A stretch of DNA of 39,267 nt from Candidatus Terrybacteria bacterium (lineage in GTDB: Bacteria; Patescibacteriota; Minisyncoccia; UBA9983), in assembly GCA_016208535.1 (NCBI GenBank), contig JACQXW010000021.1:1-39267 (forward strand), read 5' to 3'. The translations under genes were made by a program, and so were the position numbers. Shown here in pieces: positions 7,971-16,040 of the stretch; within the stretch, counting starts at the first letter, position 1; every line of letters begins with the position of its first letter. A model generated the notes under the pieces. That model was not told the origin of the DNA and did no database searches. It saw only the letters and a program-made list of their open reading frames with translations.

Positions 7971-7975
7971 GAATT
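7941..7975 (+). repeat. heptamer array aagaatt tagaatt aagaatt aagaatt aagaatt, ending exactly at the mraY ATG
   Basis: Five 7-nt units (35 nt). They encode the dac C-terminus LELRIKN*, contain its stop (7968-7970) and abut ATG 7976. Confidence 0.85.
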
Positions 7976-9025
7976 ATGAATATTTTAAAAGTTTTTGGTT
8001 TGTCGGCCTTTGCCTTTTTTCTGGCGATTTCTTTAACGCCGATTCTCACCCATTATCTTTACAAATACAAAATGTGGAAAAAAAAGGCGCGGAACGAGGC
8101 CTTGGGAGGAGGGGAGACGCCGATTTTTCATCAATTGCATAAGGAAAAAGAAGTGGGCACCCCGCGCATGGGCGGCATTTTGATTTGGTCAAGCGCCTTG
8201 ATTGTTGTTTTAATTTTCTGGCTGATTGTAAATTTTTTCCCTTCTGATTTAACGAATAAACTGAATTTTTTGAGCCGAGGGCAGACCTGGCTGCCGTTGT
8301 TCACTCTTGTTTCCGCCTCTTTGGTGGGCTTGGTTGACGATATTCTTCAAATTTACGGCAAAGGGAAATATACGGCTGGCGGCCTTAGTTTATTTAAAAG
8401 AATTCTCATCGTCATAGTCATAGGTCTAATAGGCGCCTGGTGGTTTTATTACAAATTGGGAATGAGCACCTTGATTGTGCCGTTTGTCGGCGAAATTAAT
8501 TTAGGAATCATTTTCATCCCGATTTTTATTCTGACAATGCTTTTGATGTTTAGCGGAGGAGTGATTGACGGCTTGGACGGCTTGTCAGGCGGAATTTTCG
8601 CCATTATTTTTTCAGCCTACAGCGGAATCGCTTTTTTCCAGAACCAGATTGACCTGGCCGCGTTCTGCAGTGTTTTGGTGGGCGGAATCTTGGCATTTTT
8701 ATGGTTTAATATTCCTCCAGCCCGCTTTTATATGGGAGAAACAGGAATTTTAGGATTAACCACTGCGCTGACAGTTGTGGCCTTTCTCACAAAATCAACC
8801 CTTGCCCTTTTAATTATTTCTTTCCCTTTGATCGCCACCTCAGCCTCAGTGGTTATTCAATTGATTTCCAAAAAATTTTTTCACAGAAAAGTTTTTCTGG
8901 TGGCGCCCATGCACCATCATTTTGAGGCCTTGGGCTGGCCGGCCTACAAAGTGACGATGCGTTATTGGGTAATCAGCATTATCTTGGCGGTCATCGGCCT
9001 GGTCATCGCCTTGGTAGGAAAGTAA
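7976..9025 (+). CDS. mraY: phospho-N-acetylmuramoyl-pentapeptide transferase
   Basis: 349-aa polytopic membrane protein with VIDGLDGLSGG and HHHFE motifs. Confidence 0.95.
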   Translation: MNILKVFGLSAFAFFLAISLTPILTHYLYKYKMWKKKARNEALGGGETPIFHQLHKEKEVGTPRMGGILIWSSALIVVLIFWLIVNFFPSDLTNKLNFLSRGQTWLPLFTLVSASLVGLVDDILQIYGKGKYTAGGLSLFKRILIVIVIGLIGAWWFYYKLGMSTLIVPFVGEINLGIIFIPIFILTMLLMFSGGVIDGLDGLSGGIFAIIFSAYSGIAFFQNQIDLAAFCSVLVGGILAFLWFNIPPARFYMGETGILGLTTALTVVAFLTKSTLALLIISFPLIATSASVVIQLISKKFFHRKVFLVAPMHHHFEALGWPAYKVTMRYWVISIILAVIGLVIALVGK

Positions 9026-9045
9026 AAACAGGATATAATAATTTT

Positions 9046-10617
9046 ATGGCGCGGTATGATGTTTTAATTAAAAATGGTACGGTTTTTGACGGCAGAGGCA
9101 GCGCGCCAAGTGTTGCGGATGTCGGCATTGTTGGTGATGAAATAAAAAGAATAGGGGATTTATCCGGTAATACTGCCAGCAAAATTATTGACGCCACCGA
9201 TAAATATGTTTCCCCTGGCTTCATTGATTTGACAAACCATTCTGACACTCATTGGACCATTTTCAGCCAACCCTCTCAAGAAAGCCTGCTTCACCAGGGC
9301 ATCACCACCATTCTGGGCGGCAATTGCGGCTCTTCGCTCGCGCCCTTTTTAGGCAAAACTTCTATGGAGGAAATCCAGCGCTGGGTCGACGTTTCTAAAA
9401 TAAATGTAAACTGGGCCACAATGAAAGAATTTTTAAAAGAAATGGAAAACCATAAACTCAGCGTTAATTTTTGCACTCTTACAGGCTTTAATACCATTCA
9501 AAGAACTGAAATGGAAATAAACCAAATAAAACTTTTATTAAAAGATTCGCTTGAGGCCGGCTCTTTCGGTGTTTCTACTAACTTCGGGTTAGTGTATGGT
9601 AGAACTTTAAAAGATGATGAAATAATCGATTTATTTAAACTGGCAAAAAAATACGGGGCTTTGATCAAGCATCATCTTGAAGATGAGGGAGAGAACATTC
9701 TTCCCAGTCTTTCCCGTTTGATTTCCTTGGCCCAAAAATCAGGAACACAACTGCACATCAGTCATTTTAAGGCCTTGGGTAAAAATTCATGGAAATTTAT
9801 TCCCGGTGCCATAGAAATGATTAAGAACGCGATTAAGGAAAATTTAAAAATAACCTGCGACTTTTTTCCATACACCAAAACCGGTTCAAGTCTACTCATA
9901 CTTCTTCCTTCTTGGTTTAGAAAACTTCCTTTGGCTGAGGCAAAAAATATTCTGGAAACAAAATCTGACGGCCGGAAAAAAGATTTAATAGAATCCCTAA
10001 AAAAATTGACCCTTCATTATGATAAAATAATTGTTGCCTCTGGATTCAGCGAGTTGGGGGCGGTGGGCAAGACAATCGAACAATTAAGCAAAACATCGGG
10101 TCTTTCCGGAGAAGACATTATTCTTGATTTGCTTTGGACCAACAATCTCCGCGTTTCCATATTTAACGAGGTTATAAACGAAGAAAATATAGAGGCGATT
10201 GCCAAGGAAGAATTCAGCGCCATTGCCTCTGACGGCGTCGGATATCAGTTGTCAGCTATCAGCCGTCAGCCGTCAGCTATCAGTGATTTGCCGCATCCAA
10301 GGTCTTTTGGCGCTTTCCCTAGGGCTTTTAATTTATTAGTTAAACAAAAATCAATATTAAAATGGGAAGAGGCGATTTGGAAAATGAGCGGGTTGGCAGC
10401 GGAAATCCTGGGGATAAAGAACAGGGGAGTGCTTGCCAAAGGGAATAAAGCTGATATTATTATTTTTAATCCCGTTGAAATCTCAGATCGGGCAACTTAT
10501 GACAATCCTTTCCAGTATTCCCGGGGAGTGGATTATGTTTTAATCAATGGGACAACTGTTTTAGATAATAAAGAATTTACCGGAAAATTTCCCGGCTATA
10601 TTTTAAGGAAGAAATGA
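9046..10617 (+). CDS. N-acyl-D-amino-acid deacylase (D-aminoacylase) family amidohydrolase
   Basis: MARYDVLIKNGTVFDG...PGFIDL.NHSD, GGNCG, HISHFK, ASDG, HPR..GAFPR, and KADIIIFNP at the C-terminus. The start is set at 9046; the longer ORF overlaps the mraY end. Confidence 0.75.
   Translation: MARYDVLIKNGTVFDGRGSAPSVADVGIVGDEIKRIGDLSGNTASKIIDATDKYVSPGFIDLTNHSDTHWTIFSQPSQESLLHQGITTILGGNCGSSLAPFLGKTSMEEIQRWVDVSKINVNWATMKEFLKEMENHKLSVNFCTLTGFNTIQRTEMEINQIKLLLKDSLEAGSFGVSTNFGLVYGRTLKDDEIIDLFKLAKKYGALIKHHLEDEGENILPSLSRLISLAQKSGTQLHISHFKALGKNSWKFIPGAIEMIKNAIKENLKITCDFFPYTKTGSSLLILLPSWFRKLPLAEAKNILETKSDGRKKDLIESLKKLTLHYDKIIVASGFSELGAVGKTIEQLSKTSGLSGEDIILDLLWTNNLRVSIFNEVINEENIEAIAKEEFSAIASDGVGYQLSAISRQPSAISDLPHPRSFGAFPRAFNLLVKQKSILKWEEAIWKMSGLAAEILGIKNRGVLAKGNKADIIIFNPVEISDRATYDNPFQYSRGVDYVLINGTTVLDNKEFTGKFPGYILRKK
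10243..10284 (+). repeat. six-unit heptamer array tatcagt tgtcagc tatcagc cgtcagc cgtcagc tatcagt (42 nt = 14 codons) inside the amidohydrolase
   Basis: Encodes YQLSAISRQPSAIS between the conserved ASDG and HPR blocks. Confidence 0.85.
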
Positions 10618-10988
10618 CATACAAATCCAACCCTGTGGGGAACGAAATAACATGTATTATGTATGGTTTGAATAAAGCTCTTTTAAGCGATGCCAAAAAA
10701 CTAGAAAATCTTTTATTAGAAGCAGCCAGTCAAGAAAATTTTAAAATTTTAAATAAAATCTCGCATACTTTTAAACCTTATGGATATTCTGCCGTGTTAT
10801 TGATTCAGGAATCCCACATTGCCATTCATACTTATCCTGAATATTGTTCTCTTGTTTTTAATCTTTACAGCTGTCGTGGTTCTCAGGACGGCTTCAAGGC
10901 TTACGAATATTTTAAAAATGCCCTTCAACCCTCGAGAATTGAATTTAGGCAAAGCAATGTGTCAGTAGATATAGGTAAAGAAATATGA
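10614..10988 (+). CDS. speH: S-adenosylmethionine decarboxylase proenzyme (small pyruvoyl type)
   Basis: 124 aa with the self-processing motif ESHIAIHTYPE. Confidence 0.85.
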   Translation: MTYKSNPVGNEITCIMYGLNKALLSDAKKLENLLLEAASQENFKILNKISHTFKPYGYSAVLLIQESHIAIHTYPEYCSLVFNLYSCRGSQDGFKAYEYFKNALQPSRIEFRQSNVSVDIGKEI

Positions 10989-10989
10989 T

Positions 10990-12084
10990 ATGCGAGGAGG
11001 CCGCTATGATAAAGTCTTTTTAGGAACAGTTTGTCTGCTGGTTTTAACCGGTATTTTTATCTTAGCCTCTGCCTCAATGGGCCTTTTGACTCGGGAGGGG
11101 GCAGATTTTTCAAAAACTCTTTTCCGGCAGATTATTTTGGGAGTAATTGGAGGATTTATTCTCCTCTTCATCGCCATCAGAATCCCTTACAAGAACTGGA
11201 GAAAATTCGCCCTTCCTTTTTTTATTTTTTCTTTTTTGCTGACGCTTTTGGTTTTTATTCCCCATATAGGTTTTGATTCTGGCGGCGCCAAGAGATGGAT
11301 TAAATTGGGACCTATTTTTTTTCAACCGTCGGAAATTTTAAAATTAGGCTTTATTGTGTATCTTTCCGCCTGGATTGTTTCGCGTAGGTCTGAGATTAAA
11401 TCCTTTAAATTCGGATTGGTGCCCTTTCTGGTAATGGTGGCTTTCGTGAGTTTTCTTCTGATTATGGAGCCAGATGTCGGCACTCTCGGCGCACTGGCAA
11501 TAACCAGTATGTTTTTATTTTTTTTGGGCGGAGGCAAATTTACCCAATTGGCTTTTTTAATGCTTCTTGGTTTGGCGGTTTTATACGGCTTGGCTCTTCT
11601 GGAGCCGTATCGGATGGAGCGCATCATCACCTTTCTTAATCCCTCTCATGATCCCACGGGGGCCGGCTACCAGCTCAGGCAATCTCTTATTTCCATTGGC
11701 TCAGGAGGAATTTTCGGACGCGGTTTCGGAATGAGCGTTCAGAAATTTAATTTTCTGCCGGAGCCGATAGGAGATTCCATTTTTGCGGTTTTTAGCGAGG
11801 AATTCGGGTTTGTCGGCTGTATTTTTTTAATCGGCCTGTTTTTATTTTTTCTTTACAGAGGATTTTCCATAGCCTTACGGGCGCCTGATGATTTCGGTAG
11901 ACTCCTGGGAGCGGGAATTGTTATACTTATAATAACGGAGTCGTTTATCAACATTGGCGCGATGATCGGAGTTTTACCTTTAACCGGCGTGCCGCTCATA
12001 TTTGTGAGCAAGGGCGGTTCGGCCCTGGCAATCGCCCTGGCCGAAATCGGCGTATTGTTAAATATTTCGAGATACGGAAAGTAA
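10990..12084 (+). CDS. ftsW: SEDS-family peptidoglycan glycosyltransferase FtsW
   Basis: 364-aa multi-TM protein with FQPSE, GGSA and other FtsW/RodA blocks, at the dcw position before murG. Confidence 0.85.
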   Translation: MRGGRYDKVFLGTVCLLVLTGIFILASASMGLLTREGADFSKTLFRQIILGVIGGFILLFIAIRIPYKNWRKFALPFFIFSFLLTLLVFIPHIGFDSGGAKRWIKLGPIFFQPSEILKLGFIVYLSAWIVSRRSEIKSFKFGLVPFLVMVAFVSFLLIMEPDVGTLGALAITSMFLFFLGGGKFTQLAFLMLLGLAVLYGLALLEPYRMERIITFLNPSHDPTGAGYQLRQSLISIGSGGIFGRGFGMSVQKFNFLPEPIGDSIFAVFSEEFGFVGCIFLIGLFLFFLYRGFSIALRAPDDFGRLLGAGIVILIITESFINIGAMIGVLPLTGVPLIFVSKGGSALAIALAEIGVLLNISRYGK

Positions 12085-12113
12085 TAAGTAACTAGTAATA
12101 AGTAATAAGTAAT
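12081..12113 (+). repeat. heptamer array gtaataa gtaacta gtaataa gtaataa gtaat, running from the ftsW stop to the next ATG
   Basis: GTAAnnn units. The stop TAA at 12082-12084 lies in unit 1, and the array abuts ATG 12114. Confidence 0.85.
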
Positions 12114-12485
12114 ATGGATAGTAAAATTAATGATTTTGACGATTTGGAGGCGTGGAAAAAAGGCCATCAATTAGTATTGGAAATTTATAAAATCACAAAA
12201 GAGTTTCCTAAAGAAGAAAAATTTGGAATAATCTCTCAATTACAAAGAGCATCAAGTTCTATAACAGCTAATGTAGCAGAAGGATTTTCGCGATATCATT
12301 TTAATGACAAATCAAGATTTTATTATCAGGCAAGAGGCTCAGTTTCAGAAGTCAAAAATTTTCTTTTATTGGCAAAAGATTTGGATTATTTAGATTCAAA
12401 AACGTTAGAAAGTTTAATTGAAATAACTAATACAACTCAACGATTGATAAACGGCTTAATAAGATCGATTGGAAATCAAAAATAA
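12114..12485 (+). CDS. four-helix-bundle protein (23S rRNA intervening-sequence protein / Avd-like family)
   Basis: 123 aa. DLEAWKKGHQLVLEIYKITKEFPKEEKFGIISQLQRASSSITANVAEG...YYQARGS..E match this family as I recall it. Confidence 0.8.
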   Translation: MDSKINDFDDLEAWKKGHQLVLEIYKITKEFPKEEKFGIISQLQRASSSITANVAEGFSRYHFNDKSRFYYQARGSVSEVKNFLLLAKDLDYLDSKTLESLIEITNTTQRLINGLIRSIGNQK

Positions 12486-12526
12486 ATATGACAAAACAAC
12501 AAAATCTTGTTAAAATAAGTACATTA

Positions 12527-12561
12527 TTACCAGTTACTGATTACCGATTACTAGTTACTTA
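12527..12561 (-). repeat. heptamer array ttaccag ttactga ttaccga ttactag ttactta, the inverted counterpart of 12081-12113
   Basis: The reverse complement contains aagtaactagtaat, a 14-mer identical to 12086-12099. Confidence 0.85.
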
Positions 12562-12568
12562 AATTTTT

Positions 12569-13699
12569 ATGAAAATTTTATTGACAGGCGGAGGGACAGG
12601 GGGGCATTTTTATCCCATCATGGCTGTTGCCGACAGCCTGAATGAAATTGCGAAAAAGGAAAAAATCATAAAAATGGACCTCGTTTTTATGTCGGAAAGC
12701 CCCTATGACCAAAATCTTCTTCTCCAAAAAGGAGTGCGTTTTAAAAAAATATACTCAGGCAAAGTAAGGAGATATTTTTCTTTTCGTAATATAACAGATA
12801 TATTTAAAACAATTACCGGCGTCATAAAGGCAATTTGGAGTATCTATGTCGATTTCCCTGACGTTATTTTCAGTAAAGGCGGTTACGCCAGTTTCCCCGC
12901 AGTTTTTGCCGCCCGTCTCTTTGGTATTCCCCTTGTCATCCACGAATCTGACACCATTCCGGGAAAAGTTAATAAATGGGCCGGGAAATTTGCCAAAAGA
13001 ATCGCCGTTTCCTTCTCCCAAACAGCCAAATATTTTCCCCAAGGAAAAACCGCTCTCACTGGCGTTCCAGCAAGAAAGGAATTTTTTATTCCTGCCAAAA
13101 CAGGGGCTAGGGAATTTTTTAATCTCGAAGAAAACACGCCAGTGATTCTGACAATGGGCGGGTCGCAGGGTTCAAAAAAAATAAATGATAATTTTCTGGA
13201 TATTCTTCCTGAAATCGTCAAAAAATATCAGGTTATCCATCAATGCGGAGAAAATAATCTAAAAGAAACGCAAGCCCGGTCTTCTATTCTACTTGAAAAA
13301 TCATCTTTCAAATCCAGGTACCATATTTTTCCATATCTAGATCTTTCTGCTTTGCGAATGGCTTATGGAGCGGTTGATTTAGTGGTTTCGCGGGCCGGGG
13401 CAGGCTCTATTTTTGAAATTGCCGCCTCTGGCCTGGCAAGTATTCTTATCCCCTTAGCCAATTCTGCCCAAGATCATCAAAAGGAAAACGCCTATAGCTA
13501 CGCCGCCATTACCAAGGCCACTGATGTCATTGAAGAACATAATCTCTCTCCCCATATTCTCCAATCAGAAATAGAAATTTTACTGGAAGACAAAAATAGA
13601 TTAAAGGAAATGGCTGAAAACGCAAAAAAATTCGCCCAGCCAGAGGCGGCCCAAAAAATCGCCCGAGAAATCATCAATCTCGTTCTCCAACACTCCTAA
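12569..13699 (+). CDS. murG: UDP-N-acetylglucosamine--N-acetylmuramyl-(pentapeptide) pyrophosphoryl-undecaprenol GlcNAc transferase
   Basis: 376 aa with GGTGGHFYP and a C-terminal GT28 domain (RAGAGSIFE, QDHQKENA). Confidence 0.95.
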   Translation: MKILLTGGGTGGHFYPIMAVADSLNEIAKKEKIIKMDLVFMSESPYDQNLLLQKGVRFKKIYSGKVRRYFSFRNITDIFKTITGVIKAIWSIYVDFPDVIFSKGGYASFPAVFAARLFGIPLVIHESDTIPGKVNKWAGKFAKRIAVSFSQTAKYFPQGKTALTGVPARKEFFIPAKTGAREFFNLEENTPVILTMGGSQGSKKINDNFLDILPEIVKKYQVIHQCGENNLKETQARSSILLEKSSFKSRYHIFPYLDLSALRMAYGAVDLVVSRAGAGSIFEIAASGLASILIPLANSAQDHQKENAYSYAAITKATDVIEEHNLSPHILQSEIEILLEDKNRLKEMAENAKKFAQPEAAQKIAREIINLVLQHS

Positions 13700-15107
13700 A
13701 GATTAAATATCCTTTTTCCGCATCTTTTATTTCGTATCCGAGTTTTTTTATTTTTTCGCGGAGTTTGTCGGCCTCCTGCCATTGCTGAATTTTGCGCAAT
13801 TCCTCGCGTTTTTCCGCTAAATCAATAATTTTTTGAGGAATTTTTTCTTTTTTAAGCGCCTCTTTCAATTTTAATCCCAAAACTTTGTCAAAATCCAAAA
13901 TAGTAGCCAGCTTTGAGTCATCAGTAATCAGGCGAGATTTTAATAATTCCTGAACTACAGCCAGAGCCCTTGGAATATTTAAATCATCATTTATCGCCTT
14001 CAAAAATTTATCTTTAAATTTTCTATTCTCTATTCTTAATTCTTTCCGCCAACTGGCGGACTTAATTCTTAATATTCTAATCTGGTTATATAATCCATTT
14101 AATCCTCTCTCCGCACTTTCCAAACTTTTCCAGCTGAAATCTAGCGGTTTTCGATAATGTGTCTGCAGGCATAAATATCGAAAGGCTATGGGATTATTAT
14201 TTTTTTTTTCAATATCGCGCAAAGTGTAGACATTACCAAGACTCTTGCTCATTTTTCTGCTCTCAACCAGCAACATGGCGTTATGAATCCAGAAATTTAC
14301 CGGTTTTTTTGCGTTAAATCCAATGGTGCTCTGCGCAATCTCATCTTCATGGTGAGGAAATTTGAGGTCTTCTCCGCCGGTATGAATATCAAACGGCATA
14401 CCTAATTCAGCCTCTCCCATAGCCGAACACTCAATGTGCCAGCCCGGCCTGCCTGGAATGTCTTTCCCAGCCAGCCTAAAATTCCAAAACGGTTCAGTTG
14501 GCTTTCTATTTTTCCAAAGCACAAAATCCTGAATATTTTCTTTCGCGTATTCATCTGCATCAATGCGATTACCAGATTTTAATTTAGACAGGTCTAATTT
14601 TACCAATTGGCCGTACTTATATTTTCTATTATATTTGGCAATATCAAAATAAACCGAGCCATTTTTAATATAAGCAAACCCTTTTTCATGAATCTTTTTC
14701 ACCAATGCCTGCATTTTTTTAATATACTTATTGTCGGCAGCATGTGGAATGGCATTTGGTTTGGTAATATTCATCTTTTTGACATCTTGCCAGAAAAATT
14801 TCTCATATTCTTTGGTGAGTTTTACCAATGCTTGTTTCGGTTTAGTAATCGGATATCTTATTTTAGAGTCACGGATTGTTTTGTCGTCAACATCGGTAAT
14901 ATTCATCACCCATTTTATTTTTTTATCGCCGAAATTATATTTCAACATCCGCGCCAAAATGTCGGCAAAGACATAAGCGCGCAGATTGCCAATATGAGCA
15001 AAATTGTAAACAGTGGGCCCGCAGGTATAGAGTCCGACCTTGCCTCTTTTTATCGGCTTAAAAAATTCTTTTTTTTTAGAGAGAGTATTGTAAAATTTTA
15101 AATCCAT
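13674..15107 (-). CDS. cysS: cysteinyl-tRNA synthetase
   Basis: HIGN and KMSKS motifs, plus CGPTVY. The start is set at MDLKFYNTLS (15107). The 3' end overlaps murG convergently by 26 nt. Confidence 0.95.
   Translation of the reverse strand: MDLKFYNTLSKKKEFFKPIKRGKVGLYTCGPTVYNFAHIGNLRAYVFADILARMLKYNFGDKKIKWVMNITDVDDKTIRDSKIRYPITKPKQALVKLTKEYEKFFWQDVKKMNITKPNAIPHAADNKYIKKMQALVKKIHEKGFAYIKNGSVYFDIAKYNRKYKYGQLVKLDLSKLKSGNRIDADEYAKENIQDFVLWKNRKPTEPFWNFRLAGKDIPGRPGWHIECSAMGEAELGMPFDIHTGGEDLKFPHHEDEIAQSTIGFNAKKPVNFWIHNAMLLVESRKMSKSLGNVYTLRDIEKKNNNPIAFRYLCLQTHYRKPLDFSWKSLESAERGLNGLYNQIRILRIKSASWRKELRIENRKFKDKFLKAINDDLNIPRALAVVQELLKSRLITDDSKLATILDFDKVLGLKLKEALKKEKIPQKIIDLAEKREELRKIQQWQEADKLREKIKKLGYEIKDAEKGYLIFRSVGERD
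14021..14081. repeat. composite insertion in cysS: CTTAATT-type heptamers interrupted by a 19-nt hairpin unit
   Basis: ttctatt ctctatt cttaatt [ctttccgccaactggcgga, 14042-14060] cttaatt cttaata ttctaat. On the coding strand it encodes LRIKSASWRKELRIENRK. Confidence 0.7.
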
Positions 15108-16012
15108 TTTTTTTGTTTGAACCAGATGAGCATTGTTGTAATGGACAAAATTATTATTCCCACAATAATCCAAAAATCTCCTTTTATACCCAAAATCGGC
15201 GTGGAAACAGTACCCATACTAAATAGGGCGGTGAGCAGCATCATGGGGAAGGTAAGAAAAGAAAGGGTGGCCAAAAATCTCATAATGTCATTGGTTTTAT
15301 CCGTCAAAAGAGAATCATTTGTGCTTTGCAAAGATTCCATCGTCTCTTTGCAGTTGTTAAGAATGTTTTTCACTCGAGCCAACTCGCCGCTTATATTGTT
15401 TATATAATGAACAAAGTCCTGTCCGAAAAATTCCTTGCCGGACAATTCCAGAGAATTTAAAATACTCTCGTGGCCGTAAATTGACCGCTGAAAATCAAGG
15501 GTGTCCCGTCTGACACAAGAAATAACTTCAACCATCTCAGCCTCTCTGCCCTTAAAGATATTATCCTCAATGTTATTTATTTTTAATTGGATATGATCAA
15601 GCTGTCTTAAGGCAAAATTGTAAAGCTGGCGGATTATAAAAAAAACAAGCAGTCCCGGATTTTTTATCATATTATCTTTGCCAAGTATGGAACCGACCTC
15701 AAAAACTTTCGTCAGTTCGTAGAGCGGAGTGATTGGCTTGTAATGGGCGGTGATTAAAAAATTTTTCCCGATGATAAAATCTATCTCGTAGCTTATGGAA
15801 GTCTTGCTTTCTTGTTCAAAAACAGGGAAATGCATGATGAGATAGATAAAGTTTTTATAAACATCAACCTTGGGCCGAATGGTCGGTTTTAAAAGCTCCT
15901 CTGCCACCAAGGGATGAATGGAATATTTCTGCATCAATGACTTTACCTCCTCCGCCGTAGGGCATTCCAGATCAATCCAGGTTATTTTGTTTTGTTTAAA
16001 GGTGGAAATCAT
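15098..16012 (-). CDS. corA: CorA-family divalent cation transporter with a non-canonical pore motif
   Basis: Two C-terminal TM helices and a KKWI tail, as in CorA. The position of YGMNF reads FSMGT. The start is set at MISTFKQ (16012). Confidence 0.75.
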   Translation of the reverse strand: MISTFKQNKITWIDLECPTAEEVKSLMQKYSIHPLVAEELLKPTIRPKVDVYKNFIYLIMHFPVFEQESKTSISYEIDFIIGKNFLITAHYKPITPLYELTKVFEVGSILGKDNMIKNPGLLVFFIIRQLYNFALRQLDHIQLKINNIEDNIFKGREAEMVEVISCVRRDTLDFQRSIYGHESILNSLELSGKEFFGQDFVHYINNISGELARVKNILNNCKETMESLQSTNDSLLTDKTNDIMRFLATLSFLTFPMMLLTALFSMGTVSTPILGIKGDFWIIVGIIILSITTMLIWFKQKKWI

Positions 16013-16040
16013 AGTGTTTTTATTATAGCATAGAATAAAA

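Noticed and set aside
12114-12485. Four-helix-bundle gene as the Avd component of a diversity-generating retroelement
   Set aside because: No reverse transcriptase ORF is present, and I could not see a template/variable repeat pair with adenine-specific differences anywhere in the window.
12489-12563. 24-codon ORF MTKQQNLVKISTLLPVTDYRLLVT between the four-helix-bundle gene and murG
   Set aside because: More than half of it is simply the TTACnnn heptamer array read in frame. It has no RBS and is too short to support.
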